DNA from: a candidate division FCPU426 bacterium
GTDB lineage: Bacteria; Oederibacteriota; Muellerivitia; Muellerivitales; Muellerivitaceae
Assembly (NCBI GenBank): GCA_963719085.1
Contig: CAVRAL010000004.1
Location: forward strand, 192,001 to 256,000
Direction: 5' to 3'
Length of the DNA: 64,000 nucleotides
The position numbers and the translations under genes are program-made. The number at the start of each line of letters is the position of its first letter. Positions within the stretch are counted from its first letter, which is position 1. This document shows positions 17,762 through 27,715 of the stretch, in pieces. Below the pieces are notes generated by a model. The model worked only from the letters and a program-made list of their open reading frames with translations. It did not search any database and was not told the origin of the DNA.

Positions 17762-18637
17762 TCATTTAAAAACTTGATTCAAGAGCCAGGCCAGCCGGAT
17801 GCCGGCCTTTTCCAATTGCCGGTCCACAATAAACCGCATGGCGCCGTTGCGATAGTCCCTCGGCAAGTCCGGCGCGTCCCAGCTTGAGCGGGCGGGTCCT
17901 TGGGGCAGTTCGGAGTAGATGTCGTTTTTGGCGATTAAGTAGCTTTCAAAAGCCCAATCCGCCGCTTCGCCCTTCTGCCACTGGGCCATGTCTTGCGGGC
18001 TGATCCGGCTTTCCAAACGGGCCGCCAAATCCCGGGGCACTTCAACGGGTTTTTCTTCAATCAGATGGTCCCAATAGCTGTGGAGCCGCACCCAGCGTCG
18101 GGCGCGGCCGTTAAAACTACGCTCCAAGACCAGGATTTTCTCGTTCCCACCCCGGTCCCCGTCATTGGCGCAATGGAGCGGTTGATGCAGGTCGCCCACA
18201 AAATGAATGAGGAACTTAAGCGCCTCGCGTTTTTTGTCCGGTGAGTCCTCGGGATTTTTGAGGACCGCCAAATCAAACTCAATTTGGCCGACCACGCAAT
18301 TGCCTTGAACGCAATAATCCGGGATGTCCGCCCGGGTGAGGTTTTTCCTCACATCCAGATCAATGTGGTGCCAATCGGCGGTTTCGGGTCTTTCTTGAAC
18401 GATGTCGTCGGCCCAGCTCGAGACCCAAGCCATGGTGTCGGGGGCCAAAAGCGCCCTCACCGCCCGGTCGGCCTTCGGGGTCAGGTGATCCTGGGCGATG
18501 TAAGCCACCGTGGCGTGCCCCACCGGTCCCCAGGCGCGGGTCGGCCGGGGAAAAGAAAAAAGAAACAAGACTAGGCAAAAATAAAAAAGCCCGGGGAAGC
18601 CCCAGGCTTTTTTATTTTTAAGCGCGATTAAAATCAG
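17762..18637 (-). CDS. Secreted S1/P1 nuclease (start uncertain; CTG 18637 proposed, TTG 18568 alternative)
   Basis: [32 protein letters not shown] and LHSYWD. Signal peptide KNKK plus hydrophobic stretch ending TRA|W. Confidence 0.88.
   Translation of the reverse strand: MILIALKNKKAWGFPGLFYFCLVLFLFSFPRPTRAWGPVGHATVAYIAQDHLTPKADRAVRALLAPDTMAWVSSWADDIVQERPETADWHHIDLDVRKNLTRADIPDYCVQGNCVVGQIEFDLAVLKNPEDSPDKKREALKFLIHFVGDLHQPLHCANDGDRGGNEKILVLERSFNGRARRWVRLHSYWDHLIEEKPVEVPRDLAARLESRISPQDMAQWQKGEAADWAFESYLIAKNDIYSELPQGPARSSWDAPDLPRDYRNGAMRFIVDRQLEKAGIRLAWLLNQVFK
18578..18619 (-). terminator. Terminator-like hairpin after ino1, overlapping the nuclease N-terminus
   Basis: AAAATAAAAAAGCCCGGGG-AAG-CCCCAGGCTTTTTTATTTT; same style as the hairpins at 829 and 45737. 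Confidence 0.75.
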
Positions 18638-19734
18638 GCTTTTACCTTTTCCCCCACCTTGCCGTGCTGGGCGATAAATTGGTCCACGAACTCTTTGGCT
18701 TCCGCGTCGGAGTATTGGACCGGCGGCGTCTTCATAAAATAAGACGAGGGGCCTTCCAAGGATCCGCCGATTCCCGCGTTCAAAGCCAGCTTGCAGCAGC
18801 GGATGGCGTCGATGGCCACGCCCGCGCTGTTCGGCGAGTCCCAAACTTCTAATTTCATCTCAATCGTGACCGGCACATTGCCGAATTCCCGGCCTTCCAA
18901 ACGGATGTGGGCCCATTTGCGGTCGTTCAACCAAGGCACGTAATCTGAAGGGCCGATATAGATATTTTCCGGGTCGATCGGGTGCGCCAGTTGGCTCACC
19001 ACCGCGCCGGTTTTGGATATTTTTTTGGACTCCAGGCGCTCGCGTTCCAGCATATTTTTAAAATCCATGTTGCCGCCGAAATTAAGCTGGGACGTGTGAT
19101 CCAGCACCACGCCCCGGTCGCTGAACAGTTTGGACAAGACCCGGTGGGTGATGGTCGCGCCGAGCTGGGCCTTGATGTCGTCGCCCACGATGGGAAGCCC
19201 CGCGTCCGCGAATTTTTTGGCCCAGGCGGGATTGGACGCGATAAAAACCGGCATACAATTCACCACGCCCACGCCGGCCTTGATGGCCTCGTTCATATAA
19301 AACTTAGTGGCTTCCTCACTGCCCACCGGCAGGTAATTGATCAGGATATCGGTCTTGGTTTCTTTTAATCGTTTGGCCACGTCCACGGGCTTCTCGGCCG
19401 ATTCCTTCACCACTTCCCGGTAATATTTGCCCAGGCCGTCCAAAGTATGGCCCCGGCTGACCTTCACATTTAAAGCCGGCACGTCGGAAAATTTGATCGT
19501 GTTGTTGATCGGCGCGAAGATCGCGGCGCCCAGGTCTTTGCCGACCTTGTTTTCATCCACATCAAAAGCGCAGGAAAACTCCAGGTCACTGACATGGTAT
19601 TTGCCCAAACGCGGATGCATCAGTCCCGGGATGAAACCGTCTTCTTCCGCGTCTTTGTAAAAAAAGACGCCTTGGATCAAGGAGGAAGCGCAGCATCCCA
19701 CGCCGACGATCGCCACCCGAATTTTCGATGCCAT
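18634..19734 (-). CDS. ino1: myo-Inositol-1(3)-phosphate synthase, short bacterial/archaeal type
   Basis: [47 protein letters not shown] and [16 protein letters not shown]. Confidence 0.95.
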   Translation of the reverse strand: MASKIRVAIVGVGCCASSLIQGVFFYKDAEEDGFIPGLMHPRLGKYHVSDLEFSCAFDVDENKVGKDLGAAIFAPINNTIKFSDVPALNVKVSRGHTLDGLGKYYREVVKESAEKPVDVAKRLKETKTDILINYLPVGSEEATKFYMNEAIKAGVGVVNCMPVFIASNPAWAKKFADAGLPIVGDDIKAQLGATITHRVLSKLFSDRGVVLDHTSQLNFGGNMDFKNMLERERLESKKISKTGAVVSQLAHPIDPENIYIGPSDYVPWLNDRKWAHIRLEGREFGNVPVTIEMKLEVWDSPNSAGVAIDAIRCCKLALNAGIGGSLEGPSSYFMKTPPVQYSDAEAKEFVDQFIAQHGKVGEKVKA

Positions 19735-19760
19735 ACCCAGCCTCCTGAATATTAAACGCC

Positions 19761-20360
19761 TTATTTTCGCGTCTGCTTGAACACATGGTAAATTCTTTGG
19801 AAAACCGTGACCAGTGATAAAAGCGCCAAAATCCAAAGCATGGCCTTCGGCTGCCCCATCAAGAGACCGGCTCCCAAAATGAAAACCCGCACCGGCCGGG
19901 TCACCCAGCCTCCCTGGTTTTGAAGGCCCAACCCTTCCGCCCGGGCCCGGGTATAAGAAATGAGTTGGGATAAAAATCCCGTCCCAAAGGCCAAAGCCGT
20001 TCCCGCCGCGTCTTGCGCTCTCCCGTAATATAGTACAAAACCCAGAAAAACGAGGGCCTCCGAGATCCGGTCCATGGTGGAATCCCAAAAAGCCCCGAAA
20101 ACTCCCGGGCTTTTCAAGTGCCGGGCCAAGGCTCCGTCCAAAAGGTCGAACAGGCTGGCGGCGAAAAGCCAAAAGGCGGCCGCGACCCATTCTCCCTGCG
20201 CCAAGGTCAGGCAAACCGGGACGGAAAAAAGAACGCCCAGGAGGGTCAAAAAATCAGGCTTAACGCTTAGACGCGCCAGCCCCTTGAGAAGGGGCGCTAA
20301 TAAAAGATCTAAAATTTTTTTCAGCGACTGACGGGATGAGGCTGCGGATTTTTTTTTAAT
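19761..20360 (-). CDS. CDP-alcohol phosphatidyltransferase, PIP-synthase-like (probable ATT start)
   Basis: DLLDGALAR...[14 protein letters not shown] motif and [11 protein letters not shown]. The frame stays open upstream to ATT at 20360, 6 nt after AGGAG. Confidence 0.88.
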   Translation of the reverse strand: MKKKSAASSRQSLKKILDLLLAPLLKGLARLSVKPDFLTLLGVLFSVPVCLTLAQGEWVAAAFWLFAASLFDLLDGALARHLKSPGVFGAFWDSTMDRISEALVFLGFVLYYGRAQDAAGTALAFGTGFLSQLISYTRARAEGLGLQNQGGWVTRPVRVFILGAGLLMGQPKAMLWILALLSLVTVFQRIYHVFKQTRK

Positions 20361-20389
20361 GGCCGGCTCCTGGCGAAGGCTAGGGACGT

Positions 20390-21124
20390 TTACAGGGAAA
20401 AACGCTCGCCCAGGTAAATTTCACGGGCCTTTTTATTGGAAGCCAGTTTGGCGGCGGTTCCGGACAGCAGAATTTTTCCCTCAAACATGATATAGGCCCG
20501 GTCCACGATGGAAAGGGTTTCCCGCACATTGTGGTCGGTGATGAGCACCCCGATTTTTTTCTTTTTCAGATGGCGGATGATGTTTTGGATGTCCTGAACC
20601 GCGATGGGGTCGATCCCCACAAAGGGCTCATCCAGCAACATAAAAGCCGGATCGGTCGTGAGCGCGCGCGCGATCTCCACCCGGCGCCGCTCGCCTCCCG
20701 AAAGGGTATAGGCCTTTTGCTTGGCCAAGCGGGTCACATTGAATTCTTCCAGCAGGTTTTTCACTCGCTTTTTGCGCTCCAACGGCGTAAGGGGGGTCAA
20801 TTCCAGGATCGCCATCAAGTTTTCCTCAACGGTCAATTTGCGGAAAATGGAGGCTTCCTGGGGAAGATAACCGATCCCGAGCCTGGCCCTTTTGTACATG
20901 GGCATGTGGGTGACGTCTTGAAGCTGGCCGTCTTCCTCAAAATAAACATGGCCGGCTTCGGGCGCGATGAATCCCGTGGTCATGTAAAAAGTGGTGGTCT
21001 TGCCGGCGCCATTGGGTCCCAACAGCCCCACAATTTCCCCCTGTTTCACCTCAATGGAAACATGGTCGACGACCTTCTTTTTTCCGTAGCTCTTCACCAG
21101 CTCATGGGTCCGTAGGATTCGCAT
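20390..21124 (-). CDS. lptB: LPS export ABC ATPase LptB
   Basis: [39 protein letters not shown] and [10 protein letters not shown]. Confidence 0.97.
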   Translation of the reverse strand: MRILRTHELVKSYGKKKVVDHVSIEVKQGEIVGLLGPNGAGKTTTFYMTTGFIAPEAGHVYFEEDGQLQDVTHMPMYKRARLGIGYLPQEASIFRKLTVEENLMAILELTPLTPLERKKRVKNLLEEFNVTRLAKQKAYTLSGGERRRVEIARALTTDPAFMLLDEPFVGIDPIAVQDIQNIIRHLKKKKIGVLITDHNVRETLSIVDRAYIMFEGKILLSGTAAKLASNKKAREIYLGERFSL

Positions 21125-21224
21125 CAAGCCCCTCAATCGGAATGGTTTCAGCGCCGCCCCAGCATACTGTAGGCCCCGGTCCCTTGAAACGAAATTTCGC
21201 AAGGGCCGGTTTATCCCAAAAAGG

Positions 21225-22184
21225 TTATAGACCCGGAATCGGAACCGGGACAGGGCCTCCCGCCGTTCCACTGGGGGCGGTTTTCACCGCGCCCATTTGC
21301 GCGCTCGAGCCGGCCGCGGGTCCTGAACCCGTTGCCGGACCGGAAGCGGCGTTGGTCGCCGTCCCCATCCCGGACGGGAGGGGCGAGGAAGTTCCCGCGC
21401 CGGGCGGCTTGGTCGGGACCGGCTGGGGCGAACTGTAAAATTCCGCCTCCGCCATCCCCTCCACAATCACTCGGTGGTCGCCGGAGAGGTTGGTGGTAAT
21501 GCGCCGGCCCGCGAGAACCCCTTGGGGCGTAAAAACCATGGGATTTTCCTCCAGAATCACTTGGTCGGTTTTGCCGTCATAGGTGGCCAACTGGGCTTCC
21601 GAGCGGCCCGTGTCATGGAGAATCTCCACATCCTGATGGGCCACCACTTTTTTCTGCTGGGTATAAAGCTCCATTTGGCGGCTGCGGATGGTCATGGGCA
21701 GCCCGTTTTCATCCAGGGTGTCGATCACCGGATGATCGTGGGCGGTGATCTGGTCCATCAAATCGTGATAGTCCAGGTTGCCGCAAGTCAGGTGCATATT
21801 TGATTTTAAGTCGTTGACCCGCACATGGCCCAAAGCCGTGGCCACACGGTTGTTGGAAGAGGCTTCCACTTGGTCGCTGTTGAGGATGACCTGGTCATGG
21901 GTCACCTTCACGGCGCCGTTAAAAAGCGTCAACCCATTCAGTTTGTCGAAACTCAATTGGTCGGAAGTAATGTTGACCGGCTTTTCGGGCGATATGGATT
22001 TAAGCCGGTCTCCATCCAGGAGGGCTTTCTCGGTCGCCGGAGCCGACCCGCCATTCGGGGCCGCGGGACTGGTCGGCCCCTGCTGGGCGCGGGCTTGGGA
22101 AAAAAACGCGAGAAAAATCCCGAGGGCCCACAGGCCCGATTGCCGGTTAAAAAGGTTTGGGTCGGTTAAAATTCTCGACTTCAT
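21225..22184 (-). CDS. lptA: LptA/OstA-family periplasmic LPS transport protein with double jellyroll and low-complexity tail
   Basis: Signal peptide, PVNITSDQL and beta-jellyroll pattern, located between lptC and lptB. Confidence 0.75.
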   Translation of the reverse strand: MKSRILTDPNLFNRQSGLWALGIFLAFFSQARAQQGPTSPAAPNGGSAPATEKALLDGDRLKSISPEKPVNITSDQLSFDKLNGLTLFNGAVKVTHDQVILNSDQVEASSNNRVATALGHVRVNDLKSNMHLTCGNLDYHDLMDQITAHDHPVIDTLDENGLPMTIRSRQMELYTQQKKVVAHQDVEILHDTGRSEAQLATYDGKTDQVILEENPMVFTPQGVLAGRRITTNLSGDHRVIVEGMAEAEFYSSPQPVPTKPPGAGTSSPLPSGMGTATNAASGPATGSGPAAGSSAQMGAVKTAPSGTAGGPVPVPIPGL

Positions 22185-22803
22185 TCGTATCCCTCAATTG
22201 AGTATGGACGTCCTTGGTGAACTGAATGTTATTGAGTTCGGTATCGGCCACCAGCCCCACCGCCGTGATATCGTCCGAGCCCTTAAAAACATGCACTTTC
22301 TCATCGGTGTGGATCATATCCGTGTCCGGATCCCAAGCCAGTTTTTCCGTTTCCAGCTTGGACCCATTTTCGGTGATGAGTTCCACGTGGCCCGAAACCA
22401 AGGTAGCGTTGGTCTCGGTATTGATGACCGCCTCATCCGCGGTCAAGTTGGAAACCATCCGGTTGTGTTTGTAATACTCGGCGAAAATATCATCCGTATC
22501 AGCTTGTTTCAGGTTTTGATAAAGTTTGGCGGTGGTGGCGTAAAGTTCCCAATGTTTTTCAGCCAACGCCGTTGAAATTAAATGGAATTTCTCAATCGTG
22601 GCGTCCGGGGAGGTCGCGTCTTGATTCGAATCCGCGAAGGCCGCCCGCTTTTCGCTGTTATGGCTCACCAACAAAAAGAGGACCCCAATCACCAGAACCG
22701 CGCCCCCCAAGATCCAGGCGTTCCTGCGGAAACGAAGCCGGACTAAAGTTTGATCCGGCGACTCCATCACGGCTTTCAATAATTTTTTTTTCGTTCTCGG
22801 CAC
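22147..22803 (-). CDS. lptC: LPS export protein LptC
   Basis: Single N-terminal TM, WEL.A..A, LETEKLAWD and IHTDEKV. GTG at 22803 follows AGGAG. Confidence 0.85.
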   Translation of the reverse strand: MPRTKKKLLKAVMESPDQTLVRLRFRRNAWILGGAVLVIGVLFLLVSHNSEKRAAFADSNQDATSPDATIEKFHLISTALAEKHWELYATTAKLYQNLKQADTDDIFAEYYKHNRMVSNLTADEAVINTETNATLVSGHVELITENGSKLETEKLAWDPDTDMIHTDEKVHVFKGSDDITAVGLVADTELNNIQFTKDVHTQLRDTNEVENFNRPKPF

Positions 22804-22936
22804 AGCGGCTCCTTGAGTGTTGCCCACTTTCTAGTAGTTAACAGGGCAACATGAGCCCCACCCACGCGTCAGCGTGGGTGGGAAATGAAGTTAACCACCG
22901 GCTTCCAGTCCCATCTTCATCGTTTATCTATAATAA

Positions 22937-23851
22937 TTAAAACGCTTCATCCTCCGGCCGAGTTCTCCACCGGTTGTGCATCCAAACCCACTGGTCCGGA
23001 TAGGCCTTGACGTAAGACTCGATGGACTCAGTATAACGCCGGGTCATTTCCAAAATATTCTTTTCCGCGTCGGCGCCCGTGGGCTCCGGAATCGGCTTCT
23101 CCACGTGCATTTCATAAGCCCCCTCCACACCCCGAACCACATAAGCCGGAACCAAAGGCGCCCCGCTTTTAAGCGCGATTCGGGCCGTGCCGGACTGGGT
23201 CCAGGCCGCTTTCCCCAAAAAAGGGACAAAGACGCCGTCCTTTCCCGTGTCTTGGTCGCACAGAACCATGACGATTTGATTTTCTCGAAGCGCTTCCAAA
23301 ATACCCCGCAATGCCATGCCGCGTTTGATCATGGAAACCCCCAGCCTTTTTTCCCGGAATTCAGTAATGATTTTGTCGAACCGGGCGTCGTAAAGTTTTT
23401 GGGCCACCGCGGCGGTGGGATGGCGGCTCGCCAGCGCGGCGCCTAAAAGTTCCCAATTGCCCAAGTGAGCGGTGACCAAAAGGACGCCCTTTTTTTTCAG
23501 GAGGGCTTTTTCCAGATGCTCCCAGCCGCGAATCCGGGCGACTTGGGAGGCGATTTTGGCTTGGGGCCATTTCAGCCACCGCGCGGTCTCAAACACGTTT
23601 TGTCCCAGTCCGGTCCAAACCGCCAGGCCCAAGCGGTTCAGCGCCTGGTCATCCATACCCTTCGGGAAAGCGATTTTAAGATTTCGGAGTGTTTTACGCC
23701 GCTCGCCGCCGCCCAGGGTAAAGAAAAGGGCCCCAAAGGAGCGGCCCAAACGCCCGGCCAGCGCCCGGGGCGAAAGGGAAAGCGAAAACAAAAGCGCCCG
23801 GACGGCGTAATAAATGAGATGGTTTTTTATTTTTTGAAGGGGCCGGGCCAC
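22937..23851 (-). CDS. Lipid A late acyltransferase (LpxL/HtrB-like)
   Basis: VTAHLGNWE, LCDQD, FVPFLG and PDQWVWMHNRWR. Confidence 0.9.
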   Translation of the reverse strand: MARPLQKIKNHLIYYAVRALLFSLSLSPRALAGRLGRSFGALFFTLGGGERRKTLRNLKIAFPKGMDDQALNRLGLAVWTGLGQNVFETARWLKWPQAKIASQVARIRGWEHLEKALLKKKGVLLVTAHLGNWELLGAALASRHPTAAVAQKLYDARFDKIITEFREKRLGVSMIKRGMALRGILEALRENQIVMVLCDQDTGKDGVFVPFLGKAAWTQSGTARIALKSGAPLVPAYVVRGVEGAYEMHVEKPIPEPTGADAEKNILEMTRRYTESIESYVKAYPDQWVWMHNRWRTRPEDEAF

Positions 23852-23865
23852 GAAACGCTCCTGGA

Positions 23866-24423
23866 TTAGTCCAGGCGGAAGGCGCCGGGAGGCTCAATAT
23901 TCATCGCGTGAAATTTTTTAACCGTCTTGTCCCACAAGCCTTGGGACTTGATCAACCGCTCCACGGCTTCGCGAAAAGCGCCCGAACCGCCGGCGGCCTG
24001 GGTCACCGCGTGGACGGCTTGCTTCACTTCCGGCCGGGCGTTTCGCGGCGCCACGGCCCAACCCACCTTTTGAAGCAAAGGGATGTCAATCAGATCGTCC
24101 CCTAAGTAAGCCACCTGGGCCAAGGACAAACCCCTCTCGCGGCAAACCGTTTGGGCCTTTTTCAGCTTGTCCAGCACGCCCAAATAAACCGGGGACACCC
24201 GGAGCTTTTTGGCGCGCTGGGCGGTCGATTCGGAATTGCGCCCCGAAAGCCATCCGACCGATAGTCCCGCGTATTCCGCCAACCGATGGCCGATCCCGTC
24301 CTGGATATCAAACCCCAGAAGCTCGACGTCTTTGCCCACATAAACAGTCCCGTTGGTCAGGCATCCATCCACATCGGTCAAAAATAATTGGATGGCCTTA
24401 AAATCCGGCTTTTGTTTTTTCAT
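23866..24423 (-). CDS. kdsC: Kdo-8-phosphate phosphatase (HAD)
   Basis: DVDGCLTNG, QDGIG, YLGDDLID and GG.GAFRE. Confidence 0.93.
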   Translation of the reverse strand: MKKQKPDFKAIQLFLTDVDGCLTNGTVYVGKDVELLGFDIQDGIGHRLAEYAGLSVGWLSGRNSESTAQRAKKLRVSPVYLGVLDKLKKAQTVCRERGLSLAQVAYLGDDLIDIPLLQKVGWAVAPRNARPEVKQAVHAVTQAAGGSGAFREAVERLIKSQGLWDKTVKKFHAMNIEPPGAFRLD

Positions 24424-25388
24424 GAGATACGGACCTGGCCCCGGCCTAAAAGATCATGCAAGTGGACCAGCCCCACGGGCTTCTGATGGGCGTCCGCCAC
24501 GATGAGCTGGAAAATAGCGCTCTCTTCCATCAACTGCAGGGCTTCCCCCAGTGTCATATCGGGGGAAATGGTCTTGGGCCGGGGCGTGCGCAGGTTCGAA
24601 GCGTTCCAATGCTTCACATCGGACTTTTGGAAGAGGGCCCGGCGCAAATCCCCATCCACGATGATGCCGGCGAGTTTTTTCTTGCCGTCCACCACCAGGG
24701 TACAGCCCACTTTTTTATCGTTGATTTCACGCACAATGCCTTGGAAGTGGGCGCTCAAGGAAACCCTGGGGATCTGGTCGCCCTTGCGCATCACGTCGGA
24801 AACTTTTAATTGAAGGCGCCGGCCCAAATCCCCGCCCGGATGATTGTGCGCGAAGTCTTTTTCGGTGAATCCCCGCTCCTCATATAACGCCACGGCCAAG
24901 GCGTCCCCCATGGCCATGAGGGCGGTGGAGCTGGCCGTGGGAGAAAGGTTGAGGGAGCAGGCTTCTTTTGAGACTCCCACATTGACCACCACGTCGGCTT
25001 GACGGGCCAAACCGGATTCCGTCTGGCCGGTAAACAGGATAATTTTACAGCCCACCCGTTTTAAAATGGGAATCAGTATCTTCAGTTCGTCGGTCTCGCC
25101 GCTATTGGACAAAGCCAGCACCACATCCGACTTGGTCACCATCCCGAGGTCCCCGTGCAGGGCTTCGGCGGGGCTGAGCACGAAGGAGGGCGTGCCGGTC
25201 GATGAAAGCGTCGAGGCGATTTTTTGGCCGACCAACCCTGACTTGCCCATTCCGGTCACCACGACCCGGCCCCGGCCTTTGGAGACGATTTCCACCGCCT
25301 TGTTAAAGGAGGACCCGACCTTGCGGGCCACTTCCAAAAGTCCATGGGCTTCCAAGGTCAAAACTCGTCGCGCGGTGGGCACACTCAT
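24420..25388 (-). CDS. kdsD: Arabinose-5-phosphate isomerase KpsF/GutQ (SIS plus 2 CBS)
   Basis: GMGKSG, STGTPS, EALHGDLG, SNSGET and HPGGDLG. Confidence 0.95.
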   Translation of the reverse strand: MSVPTARRVLTLEAHGLLEVARKVGSSFNKAVEIVSKGRGRVVVTGMGKSGLVGQKIASTLSSTGTPSFVLSPAEALHGDLGMVTKSDVVLALSNSGETDELKILIPILKRVGCKIILFTGQTESGLARQADVVVNVGVSKEACSLNLSPTASSTALMAMGDALAVALYEERGFTEKDFAHNHPGGDLGRRLQLKVSDVMRKGDQIPRVSLSAHFQGIVREINDKKVGCTLVVDGKKKLAGIIVDGDLRRALFQKSDVKHWNASNLRTPRPKTISPDMTLGEALQLMEESAIFQLIVADAHQKPVGLVHLHDLLGRGQVRIS

Positions 25389-25404
25389 GATGTTTAATCC
25401 TTTG

Positions 25405-26124
25405 TCAGCGGTTATGCATGGGCAGATAAAGATACCGGCCGCAATCGCACCGGGTCAACTGCCGGCTGTTTTTGGCTTCCATCAAAAGCAAGGGCGCCAC
25501 CGCCATATGGCAGCCGCCGCAAGTGTTGTCATCCAAGACCGCCGCCACGGCGATCTTTTTCCCCCGGCCGCGCAAGGCCTCGTAACCCCGGGCCTCTTCC
25601 TCGGGCAAGGCGGCCAAATGGGTTTGCCGTTCGGCTTTTTTCTCCGCCATCGCCTTCTCGCAATCGGCGATTTGAAGGTTGATTTCGGCTTTTTCCTCAG
25701 CGGTCTTTTTTTCGTCCGCCGCGATTTGGACGCTTAAGGACTGCAGCTTGGCCTTTTGGGAATCCTCCAAGAAAAGAATCTCCAGAACCTTTTCCTCGAG
25801 CTTATTTTTTTCTTCCTTGTGCTTCTCGATCTCGAGCTTGAGCGCCTCATATTCTTTGTTGCTTTTGACCTCGTCCAGCTGGCTTTGATAGCGGGTCAAC
25901 TTCGTCTCCAGGGCGCCGATCTCAATCTCATAAGTTTTGCGTTGTTTGGCGTGGCCTTCTTGGGCCTTTTTTTCCTCCAGCGCCTGGTTTTTCAGGGCCG
26001 AGACCTGGGCCGCCGCTAGGGCCAATTTATCCAAAAGCGATTGACGGTGTTTTTCCAACTGATCGTGGCCCGAATCGGCGGTTTGCAGCTCGACCAGCTT
26101 ATTGATGATTTCAGTGAGGGACAC
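25405..26124 (-). CDS. Coiled-coil protein with C4-type zinc ribbon (DUF164-like)
   Basis: Long coiled coil, KSNKEYEAL..EI, CGGCHM and CDCGRYLY. Confidence 0.88.
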   Translation of the reverse strand: MSLTEIINKLVELQTADSGHDQLEKHRQSLLDKLALAAAQVSALKNQALEEKKAQEGHAKQRKTYEIEIGALETKLTRYQSQLDEVKSNKEYEALKLEIEKHKEEKNKLEEKVLEILFLEDSQKAKLQSLSVQIAADEKKTAEEKAEINLQIADCEKAMAEKKAERQTHLAALPEEEARGYEALRGRGKKIAVAAVLDDNTCGGCHMAVAPLLLMEAKNSRQLTRCDCGRYLYLPMHNR

Positions 26125-26279
26125 GGTTTTTCCTTTGGCCGTAGGACGCCAAGCGTCCGCAGGGATTGAAGTTTAACACGCGCCCCAGTTGGCTCCAAGG
26201 GGAAAGCCGGGTAGGATAAGGCCGTTAAAACTAGCCAGCGCCCGCCGCCGCGCGACGGTGGGTCGGATTTGAGGACTTC

Positions 26280-26759
26280 GTGAACGAGGACGCGAAAAAG
26301 AAACTATTACAGATGGTTCCCCACGCCCTTTACATTTTGACCAGCCAGACGCCTTTTGATCAGGTGGCCTCCACCGTCAGCTGGCTCACCCAAGCTTCCT
26401 TTGACCCGCCGCTTTTGATGGCGGCGGTGCGCCGGGATACGGATACCTATCATGTGGCGCATCAAGCCCACGCCTTCGTGATCAACTTTTTAGGAAAAGA
26501 CCAGGCCCCCATCGCCCAAAAATTTTTCAAACACGCCGAGTTAAAAGACGGCACTCTGTCCGGAGAGGCTTTCGAACGCACGCCCATCCTGGGTTTCCCC
26601 TACTTCCCTCACCTGGCGGGCTATCTGGAATGCCGGGTGACGGACGAGGTGGACCGGGGCGACCACACGGTATTGGTGGCCCAAGTGGTCGGGGCGGAGC
26701 TAAAAATCGCCGAAGGCCCGCTGCTTCTCTCGTCGACGAAGTGGCAATACGGGGGCTAG
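26280..26759 (+). CDS. Flavin reductase-like family protein
   Basis: SWLTQASFDPP, GDHTV and W.YGG terminus. Confidence 0.88.
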   Translation: MNEDAKKKLLQMVPHALYILTSQTPFDQVASTVSWLTQASFDPPLLMAAVRRDTDTYHVAHQAHAFVINFLGKDQAPIAQKFFKHAELKDGTLSGEAFERTPILGFPYFPHLAGYLECRVTDEVDRGDHTVLVAQVVGAELKIAEGPLLLSSTKWQYGG

Positions 26760-26774
26760 TCCTCAAAAAATCTT

Positions 26775-27042
26775 TTTCACCGCCAAGACGTCCCGCAAGC
26801 CTGTTCCAAGCTGACCATGCGGGACAGTGCCGCCCCCTTTAACTGCCTTATCGAGAGGCGGCCGCCAAGTTCGCCAAGTAAACCTTAAAACAAAAAACCA
26901 GCAGAGGTTAAAACCCCTACTGGTTTGATCTTTCGCCGTTCTTGGCGCACTTGGCGTCTTGCACCGCCCCTCTTCAAAAAAATTAATGAGGGCGGCATGT
27001 CCCGCTTAGTGGGCCCATGCAGGGCCAGCGGGAGCGTTGAAA
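26775..27042. repeat. CGCCAAGACG-type inverted-repeat element, copy D, with twin-hairpin insertions in both arms
   Basis: Arms match copies B and F once ~72-74 nt insertions at 26791-26864 and ~26962-27033 are removed. Confidence 0.8.
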
Positions 27043-27055
27043 TTGTTTTTCTTGC

Positions 27056-27637
27056 TTAGTTCGCGTTAAGTCGCTTTAAGAGTTCCTCGCGGGAAATCGC
27101 CTTGTCCACATGCACCTCAAAACCCGTGCGGTTCTGGCGGTTCATATCCGGCATCAAAACCGTGGAGGCCCCTTCATAAAGGGAGTCAAATAGGGTCTTC
27201 AAGGCGTTTTCCAAATCTTCCTGGCTCTCGGCGTTATAGGGGGCGGCCAAGCGGTCATTGACGAAAACCTGAAAGTGGTTGGTGGCGAAAGTCATCTTGC
27301 CGGCCAACTCCGGTTCTTTTTCCAAAAGGTCCGTCGCCAGGAGGGCCCGCCGAAACGCGGTCTTCAAATGATCCAGTCCGCCCTTGTCCGTCGGGCGTTT
27401 CTGGGTGTAAAGCAATCCCCGGTGTCCCAGCGTCTCATCCAGGCTGTAGTTGGCCTCATGGGCGATGAGCAAAACGCCCGGCCCCTGGTACAGATGGGTG
27501 TACTGGGCCACGTCGATGAGCAGGCCTTCCAGCTTATTTTCCTGAATCCAACGGTGGAAAATAGGGATGAAGACGCTCAAGGGAACATGGGAGTCTTTTT
27601 CCACGAAAAATTTCACGCCGACTTTTTGCAAATCCAT
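27056..27637 (-). CDS. Conserved-looking hypothetical protein downstream of the siroheme reductase
   Basis: Clean ORF with SD and globular composition (FIPIFHRWIQ, LIDVAQY.H...GPGVLLIAHE). Confidence 0.8.
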   Translation of the reverse strand: MDLQKVGVKFFVEKDSHVPLSVFIPIFHRWIQENKLEGLLIDVAQYTHLYQGPGVLLIAHEANYSLDETLGHRGLLYTQKRPTDKGGLDHLKTAFRRALLATDLLEKEPELAGKMTFATNHFQVFVNDRLAAPYNAESQEDLENALKTLFDSLYEGASTVLMPDMNRQNRTGFEVHVDKAISREELLKRLNAN

Positions 27638-27715
27638 TTTGTTTCCCTTGAACCATTAATATTAATTGATGCGTTCGTCCACAAACACAGCGGGCCACCG
27701 TCCGGCGTAGCCGGA

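Noticed and set aside
18634..20214. 526-aa ino1 with long N-terminal extension; likewise the extended ORFs for the nuclease, lptB, reductase, sod and S53 protease
   Set aside because: The extensions overlap upstream genes or promoters. Family similarity and SD sites begin at the internal starts reported.
26775..27042. CRISPR array (constant-length variable cores between repeats)
   Set aside because: Flanks are 6-bp inverted stems in pairs, not 23-47 nt direct repeats. No cas genes and no true array were seen in the window.
27690..27715. Short palindrome TCCGGCGTAGCCGGA after the reductase stop codon
   Set aside because: A single 6-bp stem with no second copy seen, so too weak to call.
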